Source: a virus. Taken from it: a stretch of DNA of 61,488 bases. Positions 1 to 8,897 of this stretch are shown piece after piece. Position 1 is the first letter of the stretch, and each line of letters opens with the position of its first letter. Both the position numbers and the translations under genes were made by a program. Under the pieces are notes generated by a model. It ran no database searches and was not told where the DNA came from. It worked only from the letters and a program-made list of their open reading frames with translations. The DNA lies in the IMG/VR virus record IMGVR_UViG_3300031825_000010, positions 1 through 61,488 of that record; one strand, written 5' to 3'.

Positions 1-127
1 CGAACAACCTAACGCTTTACCCGCACAAGGAAGATGAGTTTTGGCTGTGGGTATCGACTTGGGCGCTTTTTATCACTAAGCCGTCAGACCTTGGATATGA
101 AGACACCGGCTACGATTTGCCGCCGCT
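1..127. repeat. Terminal duplication identical to 61362..61488 (circular-assembly overlap, or terminal redundancy)
   Basis: Read base by base: the first 127 nt equal the last 127 nt. A single ORF reads through the junction in frame. Confidence 0.95.
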
Positions 128-1895
128 GGATGTGCGCTATCACGAAATTCCTGTCGATCACGGAAAGGCCGGATTTGACCGCGATGGACAAGTCCTATTC
201 CTTCGGGAAGCGTCTGTCGGTCTGGCAGATGCCGCTAAAGAAAAACGGGACAGCATCGATGTTCGTGTGGCAAAAGCGAAGGAAATCATCGAATCTGATC
301 CAGATGCGCATTTCATCCTGTGGCACGATTTAGAGGACGAGCGCCACACGATCAAAAAGGCGATGCCGGAAGTCGTGGACATTTACGGGAGCCAGGATTA
401 CGACATTCGTGAACAGCGCGTGATCGACTTCTCGAATGGAAAGATCAAATACTTTGCTACGAAAAAAGAGTTGTCCGGATCCGGATGCAACTTCCAACGT
501 CATTGTCATCGGGCAATCTTTGTCGGCATCGACTATCAATTCAATGACTTCATCCAAGCCATTCACCGGATTTACCGCTTTCTCCAGACGGAGAATGTCA
601 TCATCGACATCATCTATATGGAGAGCGAGAAGGAAATACTGCAGACGCTCCTGCAGAAGTGGAAGCAGCACGAACACATGATTGAGAAGATGATCGAGAT
701 CATCCGGAAGTATGGTCTTTCCGGAACATCGGTTATCGACAAACTGGCCAGAAGCATAGGAGTTGAGCGTGTGAAGATCGAGACGGAATATTACACCGCG
801 GTCAATAACGATTGTGTTCTTGAAACGGCCGAGATGGAATCAGAAAGCGTAGGATTAATTCATACCTCCATCCCATTCGGCAACCATTACGAGTATTCAG
901 CGAGCTACAACGACTTCGGTCACAACGAGGATACAGAAAGGTTCTTCGAGCAGATGGACCACCTCACGCCTGAACTTCTTCGAGTTCTAGTGCCCGGCCG
1001 GGTGGCGGCGATACACGTCAAAGATCGAGTTCTCTTCGGTAACACGACCGGCGACGGCATGCCGACGATTGAAGAGTTTCACGCCGATTGCATAAAACAC
1101 TACAAGAAACACGGCTTCCGGTACTGCGGGATGATTACGGTTGTGACCGATGTCGTCCGCGAGAACAATCAGACCTATCGTCTCGGCTGGGGCGAGGTTT
1201 GCAAAGACGGATCGAAGATGGGTGTCGGTTGTCCGGAATATATTCTCCTATTCCGTAAGCTGCCGAGTGATACAAGCACGGCGTATGCGGACGTCCCGGT
1301 CGTCAAGAACAAGGAAGACTATACCCGAGCTCAATGGCAGTTGGACGCACATGCGTATTGGCGATCGAACGGTGACCGGCTGATGACGAAAGAAGAACTT
1401 GTTTCCCTGCCTGTCAGTAAGCTGCAGGCGGCTTATCGTAAGTTCTCGCGCAATTCAGTTTACAGCTATCAAGAGCATGTCGAACTTGCGAAAAAACTCG
1501 ATAAAGATGGAAAGTTGCCGGCCTCATTTATGGTTGTCGCTCCGGGTAGTTGGACGGATGAGGTATGGGATGATGTTAACCGGATGAAAACGCTGAACAC
1601 ATCACAGAGTCAGAAACGGCAGCAGATGCACGTCTGCCCTCTCCAGATCGACATCGTCGAGCGGATCATCAACCGCTATTCCAATCCTGGGGACGTTGTA
1701 TATGACCCTTTTGGTGGCCTTATGACAGTCCCGGTAACAGCGGTGAAGATGGGCCGAAAAGGTTTGGGATGTGAGTTGAATGTCGATTATTTCCGCGATG
1801 GTGTTGGATATCTGAAAGCAGCCGAAGCGGAAGTCGGAGTGCCGACATTGTTTGATCTTGAAGATTTGGTTGTCGGTACTGGAGGGTTGAAATGA
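1..1895 (+). CDS. SNF2-family helicase / DNA methyltransferase fusion, C-terminal part (continues from 60737..61361 across the junction)
   Basis: The frame is open from the window start (codons at 3, 6, ...). 625+1895 nt = 840 codons in frame. Helicase C-terminal motifs (QRHCHRAIF, QAIHRIYR) are followed by MTase motif IV-like TSIPF and motif I DPFGGLMT, the beta-class order. Confidence 0.85.
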   Translation, partial: NNLTLYPHKEDEFWLWVSTWALFITKPSDLGYEDTGYDLPPLDVRYHEIPVDHGKAGFDRDGQVLFLREASVGLADAAKEKRDSIDVRVAKAKEIIESDPDAHFILWHDLEDERHTIKKAMPEVVDIYGSQDYDIREQRVIDFSNGKIKYFATKKELSGSGCNFQRHCHRAIFVGIDYQFNDFIQAIHRIYRFLQTENVIIDIIYMESEKEILQTLLQKWKQHEHMIEKMIEIIRKYGLSGTSVIDKLARSIGVERVKIETEYYTAVNNDCVLETAEMESESVGLIHTSIPFGNHYEYSASYNDFGHNEDTERFFEQMDHLTPELLRVLVPGRVAAIHVKDRVLFGNTTGDGMPTIEEFHADCIKHYKKHGFRYCGMITVVTDVVRENNQTYRLGWGEVCKDGSKMGVGCPEYILLFRKLPSDTSTAYADVPVVKNKEDYTRAQWQLDAHAYWRSNGDRLMTKEELVSLPVSKLQAAYRKFSRNSVYSYQEHVELAKKLDKDGKLPASFMVVAPGSWTDEVWDDVNRMKTLNTSQSQKRQQMHVCPLQIDIVERIINRYSNPGDVVYDPFGGLMTVPVTAVKMGRKGLGCELNVDYFRDGVGYLKAAEAEVGVPTLFDLEDLVVGTGGLK

Positions 1896-2365
1896 AGCTA
1901 TTCAATTTTGCTTTAGGAATTATTATCGGAGCCGGGTTGATTTTCTTTCAACCTTCCGATGCCGCGCCGGATCCTGAAATCAAGACGGTCGTCCAGACAA
2001 AATACATTACCAAAACCGAATACGTGAAAGTCAACCAGACAGAGCCAATGGAGATGACGGTTACGGCTTACACAGCGGGGCCAGAGTCAACGGGGAAGCG
2101 TCCGGGGGATAAAGGATATGGCATCACTTTCACAGGTACTCAGGCTCGTCCTGGAGTGTGCGCGGTAGACCCCAACTACATTCCACTCGGCTCATCGCTC
2201 TACGTCGAGTCGTATGGTTACTGTCGGGCGGAAGATATCGGAGGGAAGATCAAAAAATGGCACATAGATGTATTTATGGAAAATGTTGACGAAGCCTTTG
2301 AGTTCGGCAGGGAAAAGAGAAAAGTTTGGATACTGAATGACTATGGAAAGGAAGAAGATTCATGA
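1892..2365 (+). CDS. Secreted/membrane-anchored 3D-domain (RlpA-like DPBB) cell-wall protein
   Basis: N-terminal hydrophobic segment FALGIIIGAGLIFF. The C-terminal region reads VTAYTAGPESTGK..GVCAVDPNYIPLGS..DIGGKIKKWHIDVF. ATGA overlap with the upstream gene. Confidence 0.7.
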   Translation: MKLFNFALGIIIGAGLIFFQPSDAAPDPEIKTVVQTKYITKTEYVKVNQTEPMEMTVTAYTAGPESTGKRPGDKGYGITFTGTQARPGVCAVDPNYIPLGSSLYVESYGYCRAEDIGGKIKKWHIDVFMENVDEAFEFGREKRKVWILNDYGKEEDS

Positions 2366-2844
2366 ATAATGCGGATTCGTTGCCTGAAAGATTCCGATTA
2401 AAAATTAATTTCACTGAATCTTGTTGGTTGTGGAAAGCGGGAAAAACAAGCGGCGGATATGGTTACTACAAGTCGAAAGGCAAACAATTTCCTGCTCACC
2501 GTTTTTCGTGGATACATTTTAAAGGTTCTATCCCAGAAGGGTTGTTCGTTTGCCATAAATGTGATGTGCGAACGTGCGTGAATCCGGATCATCTATTTCT
2601 CGGGAATAATCAAGAAAATACAGCAGATAGGCATAACAAAGGAAGAACTGCAAGCCTCGAACGAAATGGGAACTCCAAACTAACAAGTAAAGAAATAGAT
2701 GAAATAAGAAGGTTATATCGACCCGGACACGCCCCTTTCAAAAGTGAGTTTTCAACAAAATCGTTAGCAAAAAGATTTGGTGTAAGCCAAACACATATTT
2801 GTAGAATTGTAAATCAACAAAGTTGGAGGAGTGGTGTAATTTGA
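2362..2844 (+). CDS. HNH homing endonuclease
   Basis: CWLWKAGKTSGGYGYY..AHRFSW..VCHKCDVRTCVNPDHLFLGNNQENTADR, a typical HNH_3 pattern. Confidence 0.85.
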   Translation: MNNADSLPERFRLKINFTESCWLWKAGKTSGGYGYYKSKGKQFPAHRFSWIHFKGSIPEGLFVCHKCDVRTCVNPDHLFLGNNQENTADRHNKGRTASLERNGNSKLTSKEIDEIRRLYRPGHAPFKSEFSTKSLAKRFGVSQTHICRIVNQQSWRSGVI

Positions 2845-3014
2845 AGCGAATTCGCGGAATTAATCCAACACTCAAACAGGCCATGATCATTCAAGACAAC
2901 GGCCATGATTATCGAGACTATCTTGTTAAAAAGGTGTTGAGCGATCGTCTGGAGATCGTTCACCGATTTACCGGGGAAAGTAAAAACGCATTCTTCGAAA
3001 CGGTGAAAGTATGA
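2823..3014 (+). CDS. Hypothetical small protein (start uncertain; TTG 2841 possible)
   Basis: ORF packed between flanking genes with a stop/start overlap. No recognisable motif. Confidence 0.35.
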   Translation: MEEWCNLKRIRGINPTLKQAMIIQDNGHDYRDYLVKKVLSDRLEIVHRFTGESKNAFFETVKV

Positions 3015-3310
3015 GTCGCAGCCAAGCGATTATCGACTTCATCAGCCAGTATATTCAAAAGAATGGTTACTCACCGACAACCAGAGAAATTGCAGCTGCT
3101 GTCGGTTTGAGTTCACCGTCAACGGTAACAGGACACCTTAACCGCCTCAAGAAAAAGGGACTCGTTGATTTTGAACCTTATGAAGTTCGCACGATACGGA
3201 TAGTTGATCATACACATTCGGACGAGCTTCCCGTTGTACTGGAAAAGCAGCATGGCGTTCCAACATCAATAAAGTGGCAGGGAAGGATTTATAGATATGA
3301 TCCGGGGTGA
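3011..3310 (+). CDS. LexA N-terminal winged-helix DNA-binding domain protein (no peptidase domain)
   Basis: GYSPTTREIAAAVGLSSPSTVTGHLNRLKKKGLV matches the LexA_DNA_bind pattern. The protein is only 99 aa. Confidence 0.7.
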   Translation: MSRSQAIIDFISQYIQKNGYSPTTREIAAAVGLSSPSTVTGHLNRLKKKGLVDFEPYEVRTIRIVDHTHSDELPVVLEKQHGVPTSIKWQGRIYRYDPG

Positions 3311-4206
3311 AAAATGTGTCTGACATTAAGTGGATTAAGATAACCACCGACATGTTTGAAGATGAAAAAATAGACTTTATTTCAAGTCTTCCGGAAGCTG
3401 ATTCAATCGTTGTTATCTGGATTCGTCTTCTTACTTTAGCTGGAAAATGCAATGCCGGTGGCTATGTATTTCTTACCGAGAAAATTCCATATACAGATGA
3501 AATGCTTGCTCACAAGTTCAAAAAGCAGCTAAATACAGTGAAACTTGCCTTAGAAACATTCCGAAAATTGGAAATGATCGAGATGGACGAACACGGAATT
3601 TTCCTTTCGAAATGGGAGAAGCATCAGGAGGTAGACAAGCTCGAAAGAATCAAAGAACAAACCCGTGCTCGTGTTGCGGATCACCGAAACAGAAAGAAAC
3701 TTCAACTCATTGGCGGTAACGTTACAGTAACGGACGCGGTAACGGAAAGTAACGCAGTAGAACTAGAATTAGAACTAGATATAGATAAAGAAAAAGATAT
3801 TAAAAACACTATGTCTGATTTTGAGCAGTTTTGGGCTGCATATCCCAGAAAACTACGAAAACAAGACTCAATCAAAATCTGGGACAAAATCTTGAAAGAC
3901 AAAAAGAATCCCGCGAATCCTGTGGACATCATCACTGCGGCAAGTAATTACGCAGCAGAGTGCAGGCGAAAGGGAACGTTACCTGATTATATGATGCATC
4001 CGCCCACCTTTTTGAATAAGGATCGATGGAGAGATTACCTCACGATTGACGAGAGTGGTATATCGCCTGCTCAGAATAGACAAATTCGTCCAAGCGGTAA
4101 GCCGGATATGCCAGTTGTCAAGGACAACGGACCGACAAAAGAAATAACTCCCGAGGAACGTGAAAAGATGCGGGAACTGGCGAGGAAGTTGAAAGATGGT
4201 AAATGA
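3307..4206 (+). CDS. Phage replisome organizer
   Basis: The N-terminus IKWIKITTDMFEDEKIDFISSLPEADSIVVIWIRLLTLAGKCNAGG is the replisome-organizer N-domain pattern. Confidence 0.75.
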   Translation: MKNVSDIKWIKITTDMFEDEKIDFISSLPEADSIVVIWIRLLTLAGKCNAGGYVFLTEKIPYTDEMLAHKFKKQLNTVKLALETFRKLEMIEMDEHGIFLSKWEKHQEVDKLERIKEQTRARVADHRNRKKLQLIGGNVTVTDAVTESNAVELELELDIDKEKDIKNTMSDFEQFWAAYPRKLRKQDSIKIWDKILKDKKNPANPVDIITAASNYAAECRRKGTLPDYMMHPPTFLNKDRWRDYLTIDESGISPAQNRQIRPSGKPDMPVVKDNGPTKEITPEEREKMRELARKLKDGK

Positions 4207-4513
4207 CCTTTCTTACCTGTTGATAGATCCTCGGCCAAATCTTCCGGATACAAACTTATGGGTGAAACTGCTGCGGGCGATCCCTTCGCTTGAAAACCGT
4301 GATACTGCAGAAAAGCTTCACAAGCGCATATGGACTTTGCGGAGCATCGGTGTGTCGCTGAAATACATCGGCGGCGTATGGAGATTCGTTCCGATCTTGG
4401 ATGATACAGGCGGTTACAAGTCGGAGAAGGAGTTTGAAGAGGATAAAAAACTTTTCCTGACTCCGTTTGCTGCTGAAATATCTGATCTTCTCAGGAAGGT
4501 AACAGGACAATGA
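4196..4513 (+). CDS. Hypothetical protein
   Basis: ORF overlapping its neighbours in an operon. Confidence 0.5.
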   Translation: MVNDLSYLLIDPRPNLPDTNLWVKLLRAIPSLENRDTAEKLHKRIWTLRSIGVSLKYIGGVWRFVPILDDTGGYKSEKEFEEDKKLFLTPFAAEISDLLRKVTGQ

Positions 4514-4752
4514 ACAGATATCGATATGCCGAAATGGAGGACATCTATCAAAGCTATGAATGGATTATTCGGGAGCATCTAACCAAACTCGATTTCTTAT
4601 CTAGAAAGATTTTTTCCGACATGGGAGCAGAAGGCATAAAGCATTCAATCGCCGTGGAATACGTTCAGCGAAAAGTAGCTGAATTGGCAGAAGAGATCAT
4701 AAGGGAAGGAGATGCGTCAGATTGCGCTCCACGATCAAAATCAGGGAAGTAG
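4510..4752 (+). CDS. Hypothetical protein
   Basis: ORF with an ATGA overlap to the upstream gene. Confidence 0.45.
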   Translation: MNRYRYAEMEDIYQSYEWIIREHLTKLDFLSRKIFSDMGAEGIKHSIAVEYVQRKVAELAEEIIREGDASDCAPRSKSGK

Positions 4753-4913
4753 AGGCCAGCATAAAAGATTTGGCAAGGATTTATAAGCCGGCAGTTTCTG
4801 AGGTCGATCAGTTCGTTAAACGGTTCGTTCGAAAGTACAACATAACCAAGGGTTATGAGAACGATCTGAAGCAGATTGTGCTGAACGAATTGAAATCTAT
4901 CGGCCAAGCGTAA
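4722..4913 (+). CDS. Hypothetical protein
   Basis: ORF on the same strand, overlapping the end of the previous gene. Confidence 0.4.
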   Translation: MRSTIKIREVEASIKDLARIYKPAVSEVDQFVKRFVRKYNITKGYENDLKQIVLNELKSIGQA

Positions 4914-4979
4914 GGCACAAAATCATAACAAATTTACGGGACATACAGTGTTCCGGCGACAACGTATCATTCTGAAACA

Positions 4980-4991
4980 GAACATATGTTC
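4980..4991. promoter_or_regulatory. Cheo-type SOS box (GAAC-N4-GTTC)
   Basis: aGAACATATGTTCc is a perfect palindrome 29 nt upstream of the dnaN-like start codon. Confidence 0.6.
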
Positions 4992-5019
4992 CAAAAATCG
5001 ACATTCGAGGTGAAAAATC

Positions 5020-6123
5020 ATGAAATTCCAAATTGACAAGCACGTTCTTGTAAAACCTTTGAACCAAGTTTCCAAGGCTCTCCCCGGGAGAACAACCATT
5101 GAAATTCTGAACGGGATTCTGTTTGAAGTAAACGAAAAAGGATTATCTCTGACGGCCGGCGACTCCGCAACATCGATCATGGCGACAATCTCTCCGGATG
5201 ATTTCCAACTGGAGCAGCACGGAGCGATTGTTCTGCCTGGTAAAAAGATCGTCGATATCGTCACAAAAGCGCCGGAAGATATCAGCTTTGAAATCAACGG
5301 ATTGCAAGTTACCGTTCGAAGCGGAAAGTCAAAGTTTGAAATGACGGGACTTGATGCAGAAGAGTATCCGGCCTTTGATTATGGATCTGGAACGGAAATT
5401 ACAGTTCCCGGAGAAACGCTGCGGTCGATGATTAACAAAACCATCTTCGCTACATCGAAGAAAGAAGAAACGCCAATTCTAACCGGAATTAACTTCAAAT
5501 TTGAAGAAGGCAAACTAATTCTCACGGGAACAAACCGGCATCGTCTGGCCAGGAGCGCTGAGAACATTGAAAACGATTCTGTATTCTCGGTTGTAATTAA
5601 AAGCGATAGTTTGGCAGAACTGCTGAAGCTGATTGACGCCAAGGAGGAAGCGAAAATATCCTTCAACGGCCATAAGTTCGTTGTGAAAACGAGCGATTTC
5701 ACATTCGGCTCATCGATTCTGGAAGGTTCATTTCCGGATGTGGACAGGATTATCCCGAATGATTTTAACAGCGTTGTAACGGTGAATACATCAAAGTTAC
5801 TCGGCAGCTTGGAGCGAGTTCTGATCGTCGCCGCCGAAGAAAAGACGAATCAAATTTTGATCACGGTAGGCGAAGAAGTGCAGATTGATTCCAAAACAGG
5901 CAGCGGCTTTAACGCTTCAGAATCGCTGGAGATCAAGGAGAAGAAAGGTCCTGACTTCCGCTTTGCGGTTAACGCCAAGTACGTCCATGAAGCGCTGAAA
6001 ACCGTTGAATCCGAGGAAGTCTCTATCCACTTCATCCAAGATTTAAGCCCAATCATTTTCAAAGGCTCCCAAGAAAATGATGATCTGCAGCTTATCCTTC
6101 CATACAGGACTGGCGTTCAATGA
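5020..6123 (+). CDS. dnaN: DNA polymerase III beta subunit (sliding clamp)
   Basis: MKFQIDKHVLVKPLNQVSKALPGRTTIEILNGILFEV..LSLTAGDS, 367 aa. Typical DnaN N-terminus and length. SD GAGGTGA lies upstream. Confidence 0.9.
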   Translation: MKFQIDKHVLVKPLNQVSKALPGRTTIEILNGILFEVNEKGLSLTAGDSATSIMATISPDDFQLEQHGAIVLPGKKIVDIVTKAPEDISFEINGLQVTVRSGKSKFEMTGLDAEEYPAFDYGSGTEITVPGETLRSMINKTIFATSKKEETPILTGINFKFEEGKLILTGTNRHRLARSAENIENDSVFSVVIKSDSLAELLKLIDAKEEAKISFNGHKFVVKTSDFTFGSSILEGSFPDVDRIIPNDFNSVVTVNTSKLLGSLERVLIVAAEEKTNQILITVGEEVQIDSKTGSGFNASESLEIKEKKGPDFRFAVNAKYVHEALKTVESEEVSIHFIQDLSPIIFKGSQENDDLQLILPYRTGVQ

Positions 6124-6659
6124 GCAAATACGGCGCAAGGAAAGTCATTGTGACGGAAGACGGAACGATCTTTGATATGGAGACCATCAATAAATTCCAT
6201 TTGATTGTCGAAGGGAAAATCTTCGACAGCCGTATGGAGGGATCTTATTACCAAGAACTGCTCTGGATGAAACGGGATGGAGCGATTCGTGAAATTGAAT
6301 GCCAACCAGTTTTCATCCTGCAAGAAAATCCAAAGATCAAATACGTTGCGGATTTTCGGATCACATTCTCAGACGGCACTCAGATCATCGTGGATGTGAA
6401 AGGGTTTGAGACTCCTGCATTTAGGATGAAGGCCAAACTGTTCAAAGCGAAGTATCCCGACATCGAGCTGCGAGTCATTACAAAGTATTGCGGCCAATGG
6501 ATGACGGTCGCTGAGGTCAAGAAGCAGAAATCAGCAAATAAACGAGCATTCAACAAACTTATCAAACAAGCTGAGAAGAAAGGACAGATAACCAATGAGC
6601 GAAAACCAAAACATCGAACATCAACATCCGGAAGAAGATCCAAACCAAAGACGGTTTGA
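6120..6659 (+). CDS. DUF1064-family putative nuclease
   Basis: KYGARKV..DGTIFDSRMEGSYYQEL..YVADFRITFSDGTQIIVDVKGFETPAFRMKAKLFKAKYP. Confidence 0.7.
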   Translation: MSKYGARKVIVTEDGTIFDMETINKFHLIVEGKIFDSRMEGSYYQELLWMKRDGAIREIECQPVFILQENPKIKYVADFRITFSDGTQIIVDVKGFETPAFRMKAKLFKAKYPDIELRVITKYCGQWMTVAEVKKQKSANKRAFNKLIKQAEKKGQITNERKPKHRTSTSGRRSKPKTV

Positions 6660-6714
6660 TATCGACAATGACGTTCTTATCCTTCCGCCATTCCCGGAGA
6701 TTGGAGACTGATCT

Positions 6715-8880
6715 ATGAACGGATTAGCAGAAGTGAAAACTGAAAAGACGGTCGCCGTTCTTTATGGCGGAGCTGGTGGATACAGCAAGGGAATTACTCA
6801 GTCAAAGTCTGAAATGTACGGAAAAGTGTACAACTTCAGAATGCTTTGCAGCATCGATTACGATCCCGTAGCGAATCACAATCATGATCTTTTGCTTGGC
6901 GATAATCTATCGGTGACCATGGACCTTTTTGATAGGGAGCAGTACATAGCATTCCATGGTCAGGAGCCGCCAGCAGATTGGAAGGAAACAACTGGTTGGG
7001 AAATATGGAACGCGTTTGGCCAAGAAGTTCCGGACCTCATTTTTCTAAGCCCACCATGTAAGGGGTTCAGCGGACTGTTGCCTAAGAAGTCGGCGGAATC
7101 GATGAAATACCAGGCGCTCAACAGACTCACGCTGCGCGGGCTTGAGTTGGTGTTAAAAGCATGCATTCGATACGGCGAAGACTTGCCATCATTTATTCAT
7201 TTCGAAAATGTGCCAAGGATCCAAACCAGAGGGAAAGACCTTCTCTCAAAGATTCTTAGGCTGCTTAAACGGTTTGGTTTTGAAACCAACATGCGGGCTG
7301 ATCATAACCTTGGGGAAATTGGCGGACTCGGGCAGAGCCGCCCCCGTTTCCTCATCCTTGCCCGGAATAAACAAAAGATTCCGAACTTTACGTACTTGCC
7401 GCCAAAGAAACGATTACGAACGATCGGGGAAATTATCGGACCGTTACCAATGCCGGGGGACACGGTTAGAGGCGGGAAGATGAACAGGCTGCCAATGCTT
7501 ACTCGAAAATCATGGGAACGTCTGGCCGTCATACCTGCAGGTGGGGATTGGAGAGATTTGAATAAATCCGATTGGCAAAACCTCCGACTTTTTCATGAAC
7601 CAAGAGGTGGCGGAGCGTGGGGAGTGCAGGCTTGGAATGAACCGGGAAAAGCCGTTATCGGCAATGCCAAAATACACGGAAGCAATGCCAGTGCGGCGGT
7701 CAGCGACCCGAGGTTAGGGCTTGACGGAAACGGTATGGCGAACATTTACCGGATGCAAAGATTCGAAGAAACCGCAACGTGTGTCACCGGAGCAGTAGGA
7801 CCAAGTAATGGCGCTCCATGCGTCTCTGACCCACGATTAAAAGAACGTGAAGGCAGGCATCCTGCAGTATACCGTATTGTTCGAGTGGACGAGCCTGCTC
7901 CTTGTGTAACCGGCACACGATTCGGAAGCGGAGCAATTGCCATTGCTGATCCATGCACTCATACGAAATTTAACCATGCATTTAAAGTCAGCGACTGGAA
8001 TGAAACAGGTGGAACAGTGGCCGGGGGAACAGGGCCATCGAGCGGAGCGCACGTCATAGCTGATCCGAGGTTTGACGAAAACAGTTCGATGTACAATGGC
8101 GGGTACAAGGTGACTGAATGGGATGAGGTAGGGGGAACCGTTACGACCGGTGGCAGTCCGAGCAGCGGAGCACATGTGATTGCCGATCCGAGAGTTAAGA
8201 CAGACCTCATGCCCGACAGCTACGGCGTACAGGATTGGGATGATACTGCCAAGACGGTACGGGGAGCATCTCGAATTATGAACTCTCCAGCTTCTATAAG
8301 CGATCCGAGAGTTAACGACCGACCAGGACGGTATACCGATCAATACCGAATGCAGGCGTTTGATGAAACGGCAGCGACCGTAACGGGAGTAACGGACATC
8401 CAAGCCGGGGCGCAGTTAATCGCGGACCCTAGAATGAATTGCTCACCGAGATCCGGAACAATGGGTGTTCAGGATTGGAACGAGCCGTCCGTAACGGTTA
8501 CTGGGAGCATGGACATTCACGCAGGAGAAGCAGCTGTAGCCGATCCGCGCATCCCGGACGAGAATGAACGATGCGTCATGGTCATTATTGCGGAAGATGG
8601 GACCTGGCACAGACCGCTTACAACATACGAACTCAGTCAGCTTCAGGGGTTCCCGACACACTTACCAGATGGCCGTCCGTTCCAGCTTGAGAAATGCAGT
8701 GATTCCAAGGCAAGGGAATACATCGGAAATGCTGTTCCGCCTGCAGCTGCTGAAGCAATGGGGAATGTAATCCTGACTGCAATCGCCATGGCCGAGGCTG
8801 GCATCACTTTTGAATTTGGTCATGAAGAAGTATGGGTTATGCCTCAAGGGGAACAACCTGAAATAACGATTCTACATTAA
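6715..8880 (+). CDS. DNA (cytosine-5) methyltransferase with an expanded, eight-fold repeated variable region
   Basis: Motifs: I LYGGAGG, IV SPPCKGFS, VI ENV, VIII QSRPRF, X GNAVPP. Eight ~40-aa repeats ending in DPR lie between motifs VIII and IX. Confidence 0.9.
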   Translation: MNGLAEVKTEKTVAVLYGGAGGYSKGITQSKSEMYGKVYNFRMLCSIDYDPVANHNHDLLLGDNLSVTMDLFDREQYIAFHGQEPPADWKETTGWEIWNAFGQEVPDLIFLSPPCKGFSGLLPKKSAESMKYQALNRLTLRGLELVLKACIRYGEDLPSFIHFENVPRIQTRGKDLLSKILRLLKRFGFETNMRADHNLGEIGGLGQSRPRFLILARNKQKIPNFTYLPPKKRLRTIGEIIGPLPMPGDTVRGGKMNRLPMLTRKSWERLAVIPAGGDWRDLNKSDWQNLRLFHEPRGGGAWGVQAWNEPGKAVIGNAKIHGSNASAAVSDPRLGLDGNGMANIYRMQRFEETATCVTGAVGPSNGAPCVSDPRLKEREGRHPAVYRIVRVDEPAPCVTGTRFGSGAIAIADPCTHTKFNHAFKVSDWNETGGTVAGGTGPSSGAHVIADPRFDENSSMYNGGYKVTEWDEVGGTVTTGGSPSSGAHVIADPRVKTDLMPDSYGVQDWDDTAKTVRGASRIMNSPASISDPRVNDRPGRYTDQYRMQAFDETAATVTGVTDIQAGAQLIADPRMNCSPRSGTMGVQDWNEPSVTVTGSMDIHAGEAAVADPRIPDENERCVMVIIAEDGTWHRPLTTYELSQLQGFPTHLPDGRPFQLEKCSDSKAREYIGNAVPPAAAEAMGNVILTAIAMAEAGITFEFGHEEVWVMPQGEQPEITILH

Positions 8881-8897
8881 GGAAAGGCGGTACAGAA

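Noticed and set aside
117-1895. ORF-track gene starting at Met 117 as an independent methyltransferase gene.
   Set aside because: The frame is open upstream to base 3 and continues from 60737 across the circular junction. There is no SD before 117.
7612-8550. Periodic ~120-bp repeat structure that could be mistaken for a CRISPR-like or satellite array.
   Set aside because: It is entirely within one open reading frame of the C5-MTase. The repeats are conserved at the protein level and diverged at the DNA level, and there are no spacer-like unique units. The recurring tetrapeptide A-D-P-R is coincidental spelling, not evidence of ADP-ribose biology.
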